A stretch of 58,846 bases of DNA, taken from the IMG/VR virus record IMGVR_UViG_3300035670_000241, positions 1 through 58,846 of that record; one strand, 5' to 3'. The first letter of the stretch is position 1. Every line of letters starts with the position of its first letter. Both the position numbers and the translations under genes were made by a program. The notes under the pieces were generated by a model, which searched no databases, was not told the DNA's origin, and saw only the letters and a program-made list of their open reading frames with translations. This document shows positions 44,214 to 55,005 of this stretch, piece after piece. This stretch comes from a virus. Taxonomy: Duplodnaviria > Caudoviricetes.

Positions 44214-46415
44214 ATGTCAGACAAAAAGCTGAAGCCAGGTCCGAAGGTTTATGGGCACGAGTACAACCCAAATAATCGGTTGGATGTGCTGGCGCAGGAT
44301 CTGGAGCGAAAGTTATCTGACACCATTTTTGAGCGCGCTACCATTGACCATCGAATGGTTGAAGATTTGCAGGCGTATCACGGCGTTTATCCAAAGAAGG
44401 AATCGGAAGAGCGTGAAAGCTCTGGCCGCGCAAACACCAACATCAAACTGACTCGGGCCAAGTCTAATGCCGGTGAAGCTCAGTTGGTTGATCTGCTATT
44501 TCCGAATGACGACAAAAACTGGGGCATTCGACCAACGCCAGTGCCTGAGCTTTCAAAACTGTTGAAAAGTGATGAACCAGAAATTGTGGATGGTCAGCAG
44601 TACACCGACAAAGAAGGCAACGTCATTACTAAAGGCACGGTTGCCAAGCGCAAGCAGGAGCTGTTGGAAGAACGCTGCCAGGCGATGGAAGAAGAGATTA
44701 ACGATCAACTGGTCGAGTGCACCTACAACGCCAAGGCGCGCCAAGCTATTCACGATGCATGTGTCATTGGTACTGGCATCCTCAAAGGGCCGGTAGTCAT
44801 TGGTAAGCTCGATAAGGTGTATCAGGAAGTCGCGCCTGGTGAATTTGCGCTGGAAATTAAAGAGTCATTCCAGCCAGCGGTTGAAGTCGTGCGGCCTTGG
44901 GACTTTTTTCCGGATATGTCGGCCAGCAGTATCGAAGAAGCAGAGTTCGTATTCGAACGCCGGTACATGAGTCGGCAGCAGCTGCGCGACCTTACCAGAC
45001 GTAAAGGCTTTCCGGCTGAACAAATCAAGCGCGTGCTTGAAATGAACGCACAGCAAACACAGCACTCAAGCGTGTATCAGGACGATGTGCGCCAGTTGGC
45101 TGGTTTATCTGACACGCTTAACGATACGCGCTACGAAACGTGGGAATACCACGGCCCAATCTCTTACCAAGTGCTGGAGCAGCTTGGCGCTGTGGAACCA
45201 TCCGAAGGCGATACCAGCCAGTCAGAAGTGATTGCCACTGTGTTCTATTGTGGCGGCATCGTCCTTGGTGCCAGAACGCACCTGATGGAGTATGAGAACT
45301 ACCTGCCTTACCGGGTATTTAACTGGGAGCCAGACGATAGCTGTATTTTCGGTATTGGCGTCCCTCGCATGGTTCGTGATGAGCAAGCCATTATCAACGC
45401 TGTATGGCGAATGATTTTGGACAATGGCGCAATTACTGCCGGCCCGCAAGTTGGCGTGAACATGGATGCGATGGAGCCAGAGAACGGCGAATGGAAGTTG
45501 AAGCCGTTCAAAGTCTGGAAGATGAAAAAAACATACTCAGACATCCGGCAGGTATTTAGCTCTTTCGAGTTCAAATCAAACCTCAATGAGCTGTCGCCCA
45601 TCTATCAGACTGCCCGCGTGCTGTTTGATGAAGTAAGCGGCATTCCAATGCTCGGGCAAGGTGAGCAAGGCCAAAGCACTCAGACACTGGGCGGCATGTC
45701 CATGCTTATGAATGCGGCCAACACAGTACGCCGGCGCCAGGTGAAAGCGTGGGATGACGATATTACATCTCCGCTCATTAAAGACTTCTACCACTACAAC
45801 ATGGAGAACTCGCCTAAGTCTGAGATTAAAGGCGATTTCCAAGTGGATGCGCGCGGCACCAGCGCTTTACTGGTCAAAGAAACCCAGTCACAGGCCATTG
45901 CCAACTTTATCAACATGGCTGGCAACTCACAGGTATTCGCGCCGGCACTGCAAATCAAGTCGCTTGAGATCCTGCGGCAATGGGCCAGAACGCAAAGCCT
46001 GCCGTCCAATATGGTCCCAACTGATGATGAGTGGTCGGACTACCGCAAGCGCATTGAAGAGCAGCAGCAAGGCCAACCGCAAGATCCAGCATTGGCCGTT
46101 GAGCAGCTTCGCGTGCAGCAACAGCAAGCCAAGTTCCAGCATGAGCAGCAGATAGAACAATTCAAAGCGCAGCAGCGCCAGCAGGAGCTGCAGTTTGAAG
46201 CAGGGCTGAAGCTGCAATTAGCGGCAGCGCAAGAGCGCATCGAAATGGCCAAGCTGGCACAGGAAGATAAGCACAACACCGAAAACCTAATGACTGAACT
46301 GAAGAAGGTGCAGTCAGAGCATGCCGCCAACTGGCAGCAGTTCATGGCTGAAGTTCAGATCAAGAAGCAAGCCGGCCTTACCGCCAACTACGGCCTCGAT
46401 GGTGCAAGCGCATGA
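44214..46415 (+). CDS. Portal protein
   Basis: 733 aa after terL; GTGILKGP, WEYHG, long Q-rich C-terminal barrel. Confidence 0.85.
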   Translation: MSDKKLKPGPKVYGHEYNPNNRLDVLAQDLERKLSDTIFERATIDHRMVEDLQAYHGVYPKKESEERESSGRANTNIKLTRAKSNAGEAQLVDLLFPNDDKNWGIRPTPVPELSKLLKSDEPEIVDGQQYTDKEGNVITKGTVAKRKQELLEERCQAMEEEINDQLVECTYNAKARQAIHDACVIGTGILKGPVVIGKLDKVYQEVAPGEFALEIKESFQPAVEVVRPWDFFPDMSASSIEEAEFVFERRYMSRQQLRDLTRRKGFPAEQIKRVLEMNAQQTQHSSVYQDDVRQLAGLSDTLNDTRYETWEYHGPISYQVLEQLGAVEPSEGDTSQSEVIATVFYCGGIVLGARTHLMEYENYLPYRVFNWEPDDSCIFGIGVPRMVRDEQAIINAVWRMILDNGAITAGPQVGVNMDAMEPENGEWKLKPFKVWKMKKTYSDIRQVFSSFEFKSNLNELSPIYQTARVLFDEVSGIPMLGQGEQGQSTQTLGGMSMLMNAANTVRRRQVKAWDDDITSPLIKDFYHYNMENSPKSEIKGDFQVDARGTSALLVKETQSQAIANFINMAGNSQVFAPALQIKSLEILRQWARTQSLPSNMVPTDDEWSDYRKRIEEQQQGQPQDPALAVEQLRVQQQQAKFQHEQQIEQFKAQQRQQELQFEAGLKLQLAAAQERIEMAKLAQEDKHNTENLMTELKKVQSEHAANWQQFMAEVQIKKQAGLTANYGLDGASA

Positions 46416-46609
46416 CGCACATCGATAACCACATTGCAGGCCGCATTTTCAAAAGCCTGCTAGAGACTCGCGCCGACTTGCTTGAGCGGTTAGTTCACAA
46501 CATGGACCCGATTGATACCGCGTTGCTACGCGGGCGCATCCAGATGCTTGACGAACTGATCTCAGACTACAAGGCGCAAAAAGCCAAAGCAGAATCCGGC
46601 ACTCAGTAA
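46412..46609 (+). CDS. Small hypothetical protein
   Basis: TALLRGRI motif; follows the portal. Confidence 0.6.
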   Translation: MTHIDNHIAGRIFKSLLETRADLLERLVHNMDPIDTALLRGRIQMLDELISDYKAQKAKAESGTQ

Positions 46610-46625
46610 CCACTGACTGCCCAAC

Positions 46626-46653
46626 AAACCCACGCATCGTCGTGGGTTTTTTT
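46626..46653 (+). terminator. Intrinsic terminator
   Basis: AAACCCACG-CATCGT-CGTGGGTTTTTTT. Confidence 0.7.
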
Positions 46654-46693
46654 ATGACTGCGATTTAGGTCGCACTCAACCAAGGGAAAACCC

Positions 46694-47587
46694 ATGAGCG
46701 ATAGCAATACCCCGACCGTCAGTGATGACGAAGCGGTCAGTCTGTTTTTGCAGATGAACAACGGCGACGACTCGAAAGACTCCAAGCCCGAGATCTCTGA
46801 TAGCGGACTGGATCAAGGCGGCGGCACCAAGCCAGCTGAATCAGAAGAAGAGCATCCGCAAGACGTTAACGGCCATGGCCAGGCTGAAGATGATCCTTGG
46901 GCTGCAGTTCCTGAACAGCTGCGCAACGAGTACCTGACTGCCAAACAACGCGCCGATCAATACGAATCTCAGTACCACGCCGTCACAGGCCGCCTGGCTC
47001 CAACACAAAGGGAATTGGAAGCGGCACGCAAGCAGCTGGCTGAAATTGAAAAGCAGAAAGGTGCAAAGGGCGACAGCGATGCAGTACCCACTGCAGACGA
47101 CATTGCCGGCAAAACGCTGGAGCAATTGCGTCAGGAGTGGCCTGACGTCGCTTCCGCCATGCAGACATTGTTGGACGCTCAGCGACAGGAGTTTGAACAA
47201 CGCCTGACACCGTTGCAGCAACTTGAAGCCGAACGGCGCCAGCAACAAGAGCAAGCTCATATCCAAAGCGAGCTATCCCGGCTTAGCCAAGCGCATCCGG
47301 ATTACGCCCAGATCGCATCTAACCCGGCATTTTCGCAATGGGTAGCAACACAGCCCCGCTCAGTTCAGGCCATGTACGGCAGCACCTCAGCCGACGACAA
47401 CATTGTCCTGCTCAACCTCTACAAAGGCGCTACCGGTGCAGCTCAGCCTGCACAAAAACCACGCCAACAGAAACCACTTTCAGACCATGCCGAGATCCCG
47501 CGCAAAGGCGCCGGTCGCGCTGCCGTGGACCCTGAAAGCCTTGATCCAGTCGAGCTGTTTTACCGGCTCAACGCTAACAAATCTTAG
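46694..47587 (+). CDS. Scaffolding protein
   Basis: Acidic N-terminus, coiled-coil, HPDY..F.QW; precedes the capsid gene. Confidence 0.7.
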   Translation: MSDSNTPTVSDDEAVSLFLQMNNGDDSKDSKPEISDSGLDQGGGTKPAESEEEHPQDVNGHGQAEDDPWAAVPEQLRNEYLTAKQRADQYESQYHAVTGRLAPTQRELEAARKQLAEIEKQKGAKGDSDAVPTADDIAGKTLEQLRQEWPDVASAMQTLLDAQRQEFEQRLTPLQQLEAERRQQQEQAHIQSELSRLSQAHPDYAQIASNPAFSQWVATQPRSVQAMYGSTSADDNIVLLNLYKGATGAAQPAQKPRQQKPLSDHAEIPRKGAGRAAVDPESLDPVELFYRLNANKS

Positions 47588-47595
47588 GAGGCCAC

Positions 47596-48615
47596 ATGGC
47601 TAACAATTACGGCGACTTAGGTGTCGCTAATGGCGTTTACGCCGAAACCAAAATGCTGGAACACGCCGGCCCAATCCTGGTGCTGAACAAACTAGGTGAT
47701 CACAAACCGATGCCGAAGAACGCATCACAAGTGATCCGCTTCAAACGTCCGAACGTGCTGCCACTGGCAACTACTGCATTGACTGAAGGTGTTCGCCCGA
47801 GCGGTGTTGACTTCCGTTACACGCGCTTCAACGTGACGCTGCAACAGTACGGTTCATGGGCACCAATCACGGATGTCGTAGCTGACCTGCACGAAGATCC
47901 AGTCGGTGCTGATATGTCCAAAATGATGGGTGAGCAGGCCGCTGAAACCATCGAGAAAGTTGCTTACGGCACCTTAATCGCGGGCTCAAACGTACTGTGG
48001 GCAAACGGTGGCGCCCGCGCCGCTGTGAACACGTTCCTGTCACTGTCGCACATCCGTCAGGCTGTCCGGACGTTGATGGCTGCACGCGCCAAGAAAATCA
48101 CCTCAATTTTGTCCGGCTCAACGATGGTGAACAGTACGCCGGTTGAAGCGGCTTACGTTGCGATCTGCCACACCGACATCATTGCATCTGTTCGCAGCAT
48201 CCCGGGCTTTGTACCGGTCGCAGAATACGGTCAGCGCAAGCTGCTGTGTGATGAAGAAGTGGGCTCAATCGAAGATGTTCGTTTCATCGCATCCCCACTG
48301 TTCAACAGCTGGGCAAGTGCCGGTGGCGCCAAAGGTTCGGGCGCTGCGGAATGTATCAGCACCAACGGTACTGCTGCGGACGTTTACCCGGTCATTTTCC
48401 TCGGCCAAAACGCTTTCGGTCACATTGCTCTGAAAGGCAGCAAAGAAGCCGGCGGCGCAATTAAACCAATGCTGCGCAACCCAGGCAACCCAACCTATGG
48501 CGATGAAATGGGCCAGCAAGGTTCTGTGTCGTGGAAAACATACTACACCTGCGCAATCCTGAACGACCTGTGGATGCTGCGCTATGAAGTAGCCGCTCCA
48601 AAAACCCCAGCTTAA
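47596..48615 (+). CDS. Major capsid protein (N4-gp56 family)
   Basis: PMPKN..IRF.R; LTEGV.P; QYG; DVYP..GQ.AFG; GQ.GSVSWK. Confidence 0.9.
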   Translation: MANNYGDLGVANGVYAETKMLEHAGPILVLNKLGDHKPMPKNASQVIRFKRPNVLPLATTALTEGVRPSGVDFRYTRFNVTLQQYGSWAPITDVVADLHEDPVGADMSKMMGEQAAETIEKVAYGTLIAGSNVLWANGGARAAVNTFLSLSHIRQAVRTLMAARAKKITSILSGSTMVNSTPVEAAYVAICHTDIIASVRSIPGFVPVAEYGQRKLLCDEEVGSIEDVRFIASPLFNSWASAGGAKGSGAAECISTNGTAADVYPVIFLGQNAFGHIALKGSKEAGGAIKPMLRNPGNPTYGDEMGQQGSVSWKTYYTCAILNDLWMLRYEVAAPKTPA

Positions 48616-48635
48616 TCCCTGATTGAGCAAATCTG

Positions 48636-48665
48636 AGCCCGGCCAAGTGCCGGGCTTTTTCTTTT
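48636..48665 (+). terminator. Intrinsic terminator after the capsid gene
   Basis: AGCCCGGC-CAAGT-GCCGGGCT followed by a T-run. Confidence 0.8.
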
Positions 48666-48681
48666 GACCGTGGAGAAAAAC

Positions 48682-49188
48682 ATGGCTTTAAAAATTAATG
48701 CTTCAACCAACAAAACGCACCTGGCTAAATATGCGACGGAAGAGCTGGGTATCACTTTGGATGACTCTCTGACCCGCGACGAAATGATTGCTGCTATTCG
48801 TGAAGAAGAGCAGAAACAAGGTATTTCTGGTGCTTCAGGTGATGAAGAACAAAGCAGAGTCAGCGCCGGTACGCCAAAAGCAGCACCGGCTCAAGCAGAC
48901 GACTACACCAAAATCCGCGCGGTGATCCAAATTACTGACTTGCCTTCACACGATGGCGGTGAAACGCCACCTGATACGCATATCGAAGTCGGCTGTAATG
49001 GCGTGTTCTATCAGCTGCAAACCGGTGTTGAACTGGAAGTGCCTTACGGCGTGTACGACATTCTGAACAACATGCGTCAGACCAAATACTTTACCGAGAA
49101 AGATCCAGCAACCGGCCAGCAGCGCACCAGCTCACGCGAATCACTGCGTTACCCGTTCCAACTGATCCGCCTCATCAAACCTGAATAA
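48682..49188 (+). CDS. Hypothetical virion-associated protein
   Basis: GGAG RBS; VGCNG..G.E.EVP..RYPF motif. Confidence 0.6.
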   Translation: MALKINASTNKTHLAKYATEELGITLDDSLTRDEMIAAIREEEQKQGISGASGDEEQSRVSAGTPKAAPAQADDYTKIRAVIQITDLPSHDGGETPPDTHIEVGCNGVFYQLQTGVELEVPYGVYDILNNMRQTKYFTEKDPATGQQRTSSRESLRYPFQLIRLIKPE

Positions 49189-49203
49189 CTCCCGGTACCG
49201 CGC

Positions 49204-49845
49204 ATGACATTCCTTGAACTGTGCCGGCGCGTCCGGCAGGACTCTGGTATTTCCGGCGATATTGCGTCCGTGGTGAATCAGCAGGGCATTTTGCTCAAGC
49301 TGGTTACGTGGGTGCAGCAGGCGGAATACGACATCGTGACCGGCCGCAAGGACTGGTTATTCATGCGCGCCAAAGCAAGTGCTGTGCTTCAGGCTGGCAA
49401 GGTTGAATACCTGCCGGCCGAGCTTGGCATGCAGCCATTTGCCAGCATCAGCAAAGTCTATGTGGACCGGCAACAGCTGGTGTCATGTGACTTTGACTAT
49501 CTGGATGATCAGCATCTGAAGAACGGCGGCGCACCGGAAGGCACGCCACGCGCATTTGCTATCACGCCAGATGGCACCGTGCTTTTTGATAAAAAGCCGC
49601 CACAGGCTTTGCCGGTGGATATCCGATACAACCGTGCTGCGGTTCGGATGACTACCAACACTGCACAGTCGCCAATTCCTGCTGAGCATGAAGAGGTGAT
49701 CATCCAGGCTGCGCTGATGAACTACGCGCGGCATGAGCAGGATGAGTTTTTGCTGCGCGATTCGACTATTGCCTATGAGCGGCACTATTCGGACCTGTGC
49801 AACAAGCAGCTGCCAGCAATCACAGTTTTAGGCTGGGGGCGCTGA
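49204..49845 (+). CDS. Head-tail adaptor (tail tubular protein A-like)
   Basis: MTFLELC..V; W.FM; GTP; IPAEH. Confidence 0.7.
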   Translation: MTFLELCRRVRQDSGISGDIASVVNQQGILLKLVTWVQQAEYDIVTGRKDWLFMRAKASAVLQAGKVEYLPAELGMQPFASISKVYVDRQQLVSCDFDYLDDQHLKNGGAPEGTPRAFAITPDGTVLFDKKPPQALPVDIRYNRAAVRMTTNTAQSPIPAEHEEVIIQAALMNYARHEQDEFLLRDSTIAYERHYSDLCNKQLPAITVLGWGR

Positions 49846-51455
49846 TGGCCAGCGATACCCGCGTCGGCAAAGTCATTTTAAAAGGCGGCCTCAATCTGGC
49901 TGCATCCGTGCTGGAGTTAGATCCGGGCGAGTGTACACAGCTCAACAACTACGAAGTAAACACGTTGGGTCGGTACCAGCGCTGTCTCGGATTTGAGCGC
50001 TTCGACGGCAAATCAGCACCATCGTCGGTACTGCCAGTCAATTTGCCGGGATACCCGTTTGCTGATGATGAAAGCGAGGTCTTGGCCATCACATCGCAGC
50101 AGGAAGTATTGCGCAGTCTCATTCTGCCGGTGCCCGGCTCTGGCCGCGTATTGGGCGGCTTTGTGTTTGACGGTGTGGTCTATGCGTTTCGCAATAACGC
50201 TGACGGCACTGCAGCCAATTTGTGGCGCTCAAGCACTGGCGGCTGGCAACCGGTATCGACTCCGGCGCTGTTGCCCAATGGCCGATATCAAACCGTCCTG
50301 ACGAATTTCACCGGCTCTGCCGGTACCAAAGAAATCGTTGGCGTGGATGGTGTGAATAAGGCATTCCGGTTTAACGGAACCACGTTTACCCAACTCACCG
50401 GACCCATTGCGCCGGATGCACCGGTTTATGCCGAAGTGCTGCCGAGTCAGGTATTGCTGCTGGCCTATCGCAAAGGCTCACTGGTATTCAGCGCTGTGGG
50501 CGACCCAACCAAGTGGAGTCCAGTCGACGGCGGCGGCGAAATCGCCGTGGCCGACGAAATTACCGGCCTGGCTGTGCAGCCGGATAACAGCTGTGCAGTA
50601 TTTTGTCGAAACCGAACTTACGTTTTGTACGGCAAAACCAAAGCTGATTTTAACCTGACCACTTTGAGCAGCAGCACCGGCGCTATTCCGGGCAGCATTC
50701 AGAGCATCAATGACAGCGTGTATCTGGATGACCGCGGCATGACGCGCCTCAATCGCGTACAGCAGTTCGGTAACTTTGATATGGCAACTATCAGCCAGAA
50801 GATTGAGCCACTGCTCAAGCGCTACGCAGGACGCATTACGGCCAGCTTTGTCATCAAGCAAAAGAATCAGTACCGGCTTTGCTTCGATGACAGCACCGGC
50901 ATTGTGGTGACGTTTTTTGGTGCCGAAGTTGCAGGCTTTAGCACATTCAGCTTTGGCCATGTGATCCGCTGCGCATTCAGCGCTGAGGATGACTCAGGCC
51001 GTGAAGTGGTGTTTTTCGGTGGCGATGACGGTTACTTGTATCAGGCTGAGCGTGGCTACAGCTATGACGGCGCTGAGTATCAATCGACCATGCGGCCGGC
51101 GTTCAACCATGTCGGTAGCCCAGACACCAAAAAACGCTGGCGCAAAGTCGTGGTCGAAGTCGACACGCCGAGCAGCACACCGCTTTCTGTTACGCCGGAC
51201 TTTGATTATTCATCACCGGACACGCCATCAGACCGGACTCAGTTCATCACCGCTACTGGCGGTGGCGGCTACTGGGATGCTGCTGCGTGGGATAGCTTCA
51301 GCTGGTCAGCAGCCAGCACGTTTACCGCAGATATCTACATCGATGGCGTGGCGCGCAATATGTGCCTGGTTGTGAACTGCCGATCTAAATCTGCTCCGCC
51401 ACACGTTCTGAATTCATTCCTCTACCACTACAGCCCGCTGGCTCGCCGGAGATAG
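49845..51455 (+). CDS. Tail nozzle / stabilisation protein (tail tubular B-like)
   Basis: GGLN start, beta-propeller-like body, KRWRK motif. Confidence 0.7.
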   Translation: MASDTRVGKVILKGGLNLAASVLELDPGECTQLNNYEVNTLGRYQRCLGFERFDGKSAPSSVLPVNLPGYPFADDESEVLAITSQQEVLRSLILPVPGSGRVLGGFVFDGVVYAFRNNADGTAANLWRSSTGGWQPVSTPALLPNGRYQTVLTNFTGSAGTKEIVGVDGVNKAFRFNGTTFTQLTGPIAPDAPVYAEVLPSQVLLLAYRKGSLVFSAVGDPTKWSPVDGGGEIAVADEITGLAVQPDNSCAVFCRNRTYVLYGKTKADFNLTTLSSSTGAIPGSIQSINDSVYLDDRGMTRLNRVQQFGNFDMATISQKIEPLLKRYAGRITASFVIKQKNQYRLCFDDSTGIVVTFFGAEVAGFSTFSFGHVIRCAFSAEDDSGREVVFFGGDDGYLYQAERGYSYDGAEYQSTMRPAFNHVGSPDTKKRWRKVVVEVDTPSSTPLSVTPDFDYSSPDTPSDRTQFITATGGGGYWDAAAWDSFSWSAASTFTADIYIDGVARNMCLVVNCRSKSAPPHVLNSFLYHYSPLARRR

Positions 51456-51459
51456 CAGT

Positions 51460-52149
51460 ATGCTTAACCTTTGGGAATTTACGAATCCTCTTGAGCCTGG
51501 CACTACGGCCAGAGCTGATCAGGTCAACAACAAGTTTGAGGGTATTCATGCCAGCTTTGATGAAATTGCGCAGTACCTGAATACGAAGATGTTCAACCTG
51601 CCAGCAACGTTTGCCGGCAATCCTTACCTGCCTGAAAAAGCACTGACCAACACCATCCTTTGGTTCAACCTCTCCGGCGACATCGATGTGTATGCGATGA
51701 CCGCTTTTGAGCAGAAGGTTACGGACACTGCGAACCATGCCGCGTCAGCGCTGGATAGCAAAAACAAGGCAAAGACTTCTGAAGATAACGCCCGCCAATC
51801 GGAATTGAACGCCGCCGCATCCGCAGAGATTGCGCAGGGCGCTGCCGTCACTGTAGCGGGAGCCGCCTTTTTCTCTGGTTTATGGAATGCCGGCACAGGT
51901 GCGTTCCCACCACCACCAGGCTCTGGTGGATCAAGTATGTGGCAAGCCAGCAGCAATGGCACAGGTGCTACTGCTGCTATTAAGGCCGGGGACTTAATCA
52001 TTTGGGACATCATTGCCAGCACCTACCGACACTTTGCTGGCGCTGCCCGGGTGATTGCGCTCGAAACGCAGGTGAACACCATCAACACCACTCTCAATGA
52101 CCGGATCAACTATCTGGAAGCAATTGCACTGGCAGGTAACAAAGCATGA
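51460..52149 (+). CDS. Tail fibre adaptor protein (cassette A)
   Basis: PGTTARADQVN N-terminal anchor, coiled-coil, C-terminus resembling 21-431. Confidence 0.6.
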   Translation: MLNLWEFTNPLEPGTTARADQVNNKFEGIHASFDEIAQYLNTKMFNLPATFAGNPYLPEKALTNTILWFNLSGDIDVYAMTAFEQKVTDTANHAASALDSKNKAKTSEDNARQSELNAAASAEIAQGAAVTVAGAAFFSGLWNAGTGAFPPPPGSGGSSMWQASSNGTGATAAIKAGDLIIWDIIASTYRHFAGAARVIALETQVNTINTTLNDRINYLEAIALAGNKA

Positions 52150-54095
52150 TGAATTCGAACTTAAAGACGCAGGTTCAGGCACGCATTAACGCGATCACCG
52201 GCGCTACCACACTCAGTGAATTGCTGCAGCTACAGACTCAGGCCAGCGGCCTTGGTTGTGATACCACACTGCTTGATGCGCAGATCCAATCGCGGCTCAC
52301 GGCCATGAATGGCGCAACACCTCTCAACGATTTAACTTTGGGAGCGCTGCTGGCGCAAGGCGGTAAAGGGCGCGCTTACTACCAAGTGCCGTTTGCTGTG
52401 TCGAAGGGTGACAAGCTCTATATCGATGCGTTTGGAACGGTGAAGCAGCAAAAGTCTGTTGGTAATGCCCTGATTTCTGCCAGTGCATTTTTAAATGAAT
52501 TTGGACAGCTAAACCATATACCAATCCCAGAGCGCTCAAGTGTTGGTGGTAATGATTCTAATGCATCCGGTTTTGTGTTTCTGCTTAGCACCGGCAACTG
52601 GCTAATTGGTCGCTTCTACCGCGAATCAAGTTCCAGTGGTGGCACTATTCGTCTGATCGTGGTGAATAGCACCTTTACGCAGATTTTGACGGAAACTAAG
52701 TACGACTACACAGTCAGCCTTGGTGTGGCTGCAACGGGCAATAACTTGGTTGGCGTGCGTGAGGTATCTGCAAATACATTCCGAGTTTACTTCCAAGCAA
52801 CTGAGCCATCGAATGGTAACTACATTCATCTTGCCTACTTTAGCCTTGCATACAATCCAACCAGTCACGCAGTTACAGGAGGCGCTGGCGCAATAGTGCA
52901 TAGCCTCAGCGGCGGTGCACAATGGGCTCAGAAGCGTATATACCTGGCTCAAGGCGACCGATATGTTTCACTCGCAGACGGCACCAACCGCATATACGCA
53001 TTGGATTTGCAGACTGGGGCTGTCACAAACTTTGCATCTATCGGAACCGCAGGTAGCGGAGATACGCAGTTTGACCAAGCAAACGGCACTAACGTCTGGG
53101 GGCGTGTAATAAACGCAGGCGTTGCAATTCTGTATCGTGCCGACACTATTGCAACACAGGCTCTGCCAAGCAATCTTCAAGCAGACGGTTGCTTTGGCTC
53201 TTCGTGGTCAGTTCGGCATATTGGTGGTGGGCGCTGGCTGTGTTTAAGCGCTACAGCGATTAAACTGGTAAAGTTCAATGCCGCATACACTACAGCGGCA
53301 ATTTACACGTTGGACACCGCTTTCCAAGCTCCATCTTCGCTGAACATCGCAACAATCGTTGCCGATGGCAATAATTACACAGTTGGTTTGGGATTCGGCG
53401 CATCAACCCTTTCGCAGGTCATTGCATTTACGTGGGACGGTGATACCGCTCCAACAAATTATCGACCTGACGCCGGGTTCCGTGTGACTGACAGAGCAAA
53501 CTTTGTATGGCCAGGCTCAAGTGGTAATCACTCCATGAGCCATCTGATCACCCCGTCACAAAAAATAGTTTGTACCGCGAAGTCAGATGACGCCTCCAAT
53601 ACATCTCGATTGATGATTTTGCGTGTCGACTTATCTGAATACATGCCTCATGAAACTTCAGTTTTCGCGACATGCCTCACCGCTGCAGCGTCTGGTCAGC
53701 TTGCTGAAGTTGAGTTGGCCGCAAATACAGAAGTCGTAGGCTCAGCCGGCATTGCCTCTTACTTTGGCAAGTTGCATCAAGGTTTACTAACCACTTTGCC
53801 GGTTCGGTTAAATCGAGTGAGCGCCGGGCGTTATGCCTATTCGGAAATGGGGCCGGCTGATCAATCCCTGTTTCATCGCCGTGAGTTGTCTGTGCCACTA
53901 ACTCAGGCCTATCTGGTGCTGCCTGCAGATACCAGAACTTTGTTTGCTGCAAGTGGCGATATTGCACTGATTACTCCATTTACGAAATACGAATTTACAG
54001 CGGCCGCGCTGGGTTATGTACCGGTTGCAACCAGAACAATCTGCGCTGTTCGCACAGGATCATCGCCATCCATTCAAGCTCAGGAGTCTTTATGA
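52146..54095 (+). CDS. Tail fibre / receptor-binding protein (cassette A)
   Basis: N-terminus paralogous to 433-1920; no visible similarity in the beta-rich body. Confidence 0.65.
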   Translation: MMNSNLKTQVQARINAITGATTLSELLQLQTQASGLGCDTTLLDAQIQSRLTAMNGATPLNDLTLGALLAQGGKGRAYYQVPFAVSKGDKLYIDAFGTVKQQKSVGNALISASAFLNEFGQLNHIPIPERSSVGGNDSNASGFVFLLSTGNWLIGRFYRESSSSGGTIRLIVVNSTFTQILTETKYDYTVSLGVAATGNNLVGVREVSANTFRVYFQATEPSNGNYIHLAYFSLAYNPTSHAVTGGAGAIVHSLSGGAQWAQKRIYLAQGDRYVSLADGTNRIYALDLQTGAVTNFASIGTAGSGDTQFDQANGTNVWGRVINAGVAILYRADTIATQALPSNLQADGCFGSSWSVRHIGGGRWLCLSATAIKLVKFNAAYTTAAIYTLDTAFQAPSSLNIATIVADGNNYTVGLGFGASTLSQVIAFTWDGDTAPTNYRPDAGFRVTDRANFVWPGSSGNHSMSHLITPSQKIVCTAKSDDASNTSRLMILRVDLSEYMPHETSVFATCLTAAASGQLAEVELAANTEVVGSAGIASYFGKLHQGLLTTLPVRLNRVSAGRYAYSEMGPADQSLFHRRELSVPLTQAYLVLPADTRTLFAASGDIALITPFTKYEFTAAALGYVPVATRTICAVRTGSSPSIQAQESL

Positions 54096-54535
54096 TTGGT
54101 ATTGTTGTTCCACCTGGGGCATTGCCGGCTCCACCACTTGCTCCACCAAACTTCACTTACGCCAATCAGGCGGTGAGTATCAACGAACAGAGCCGGCAAT
54201 TCGCGCCGGCTTTTTTCATTCATGCCGATGAGTTGATCCGGATTGAAACAGACCTGATGGACAAGGATGGGCAAGGCAATTTGTTTGTGACTCCTTTTAG
54301 CGCACCAGGTGAAATCAGCACGCCAGTTGTGCGTCACGGCTCAGGCATACCGACCACTGACGAGCTCTACTTTCGGACCACTATCATCAATGGTCACGTA
54401 GTGATGCAAGGCCGGTTGCCATCTGGTGACTGGAAGCTTTTGCCGGAGCGCATCAATCAGGCACTGAAGTTCATCAACGCACCGTTTGAGGTGTCGATGG
54501 CACCAATCACTTTCATCGTGAGCACCCCAGCATGA
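54092..54535 (+). CDS. Putative fibre-associated protein
   Basis: ATGA-coupled to the fibre gene; same slot as 1920-2279. Confidence 0.5.
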   Translation: MIGIVVPPGALPAPPLAPPNFTYANQAVSINEQSRQFAPAFFIHADELIRIETDLMDKDGQGNLFVTPFSAPGEISTPVVRHGSGIPTTDELYFRTTIINGHVVMQGRLPSGDWKLLPERINQALKFINAPFEVSMAPITFIVSTPA

Positions 54536-55005
54536 GCCACAGCCCAATCATCCAGCAGTACGTGCCGGTGATTTACGCCGGCTCATTAAAACCTATCTCA
54601 CTGGGCATCATGGTCGCAGACCGCATCTGGTTCAGTCATGTGGCTTTTGATTGCGTGGACCATGTGTTGGAAGCGCGCGGCGGTCATGGCGTGGTCGAAA
54701 CACCGATTGAAGAATTCTTGCTGCGCTATGGCTGGGTGAAGCGTGGTCTTTATCCAACCGCCGTGCATCCGGATGACTGCATGGCCAAAGCTCGCAGCCT
54801 GATTGGTTATGACTACGACGAACAGCAGATCTTTCGTATGGCAGTTGGCAGTGAAACTGAGGTGGACTTGGAGCCCAAAAAGCTCATCTGCACTGAGTAC
54901 ATCGCCACCTGCACCCAAACACCCAACCCGGCTTACTGGCATCGCTATCGCATTCGTGATGCCTATCGCCACACCATTTTTGAACCAAGGAATCCGCATG
55001 GCTAA
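54532..55005 (+). CDS. Permuted papain-like amidase/peptidase, paralogue of 2291-2752
   Basis: FSHVAF..EA..GVV.TP..YD..ICTE. Confidence 0.65.
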   Translation: MSHSPIIQQYVPVIYAGSLKPISLGIMVADRIWFSHVAFDCVDHVLEARGGHGVVETPIEEFLLRYGWVKRGLYPTAVHPDDCMAKARSLIGYDYDEQQIFRMAVGSETEVDLEPKKLICTEYIATCTQTPNPAYWHRYRIRDAYRHTIFEPRNPHG

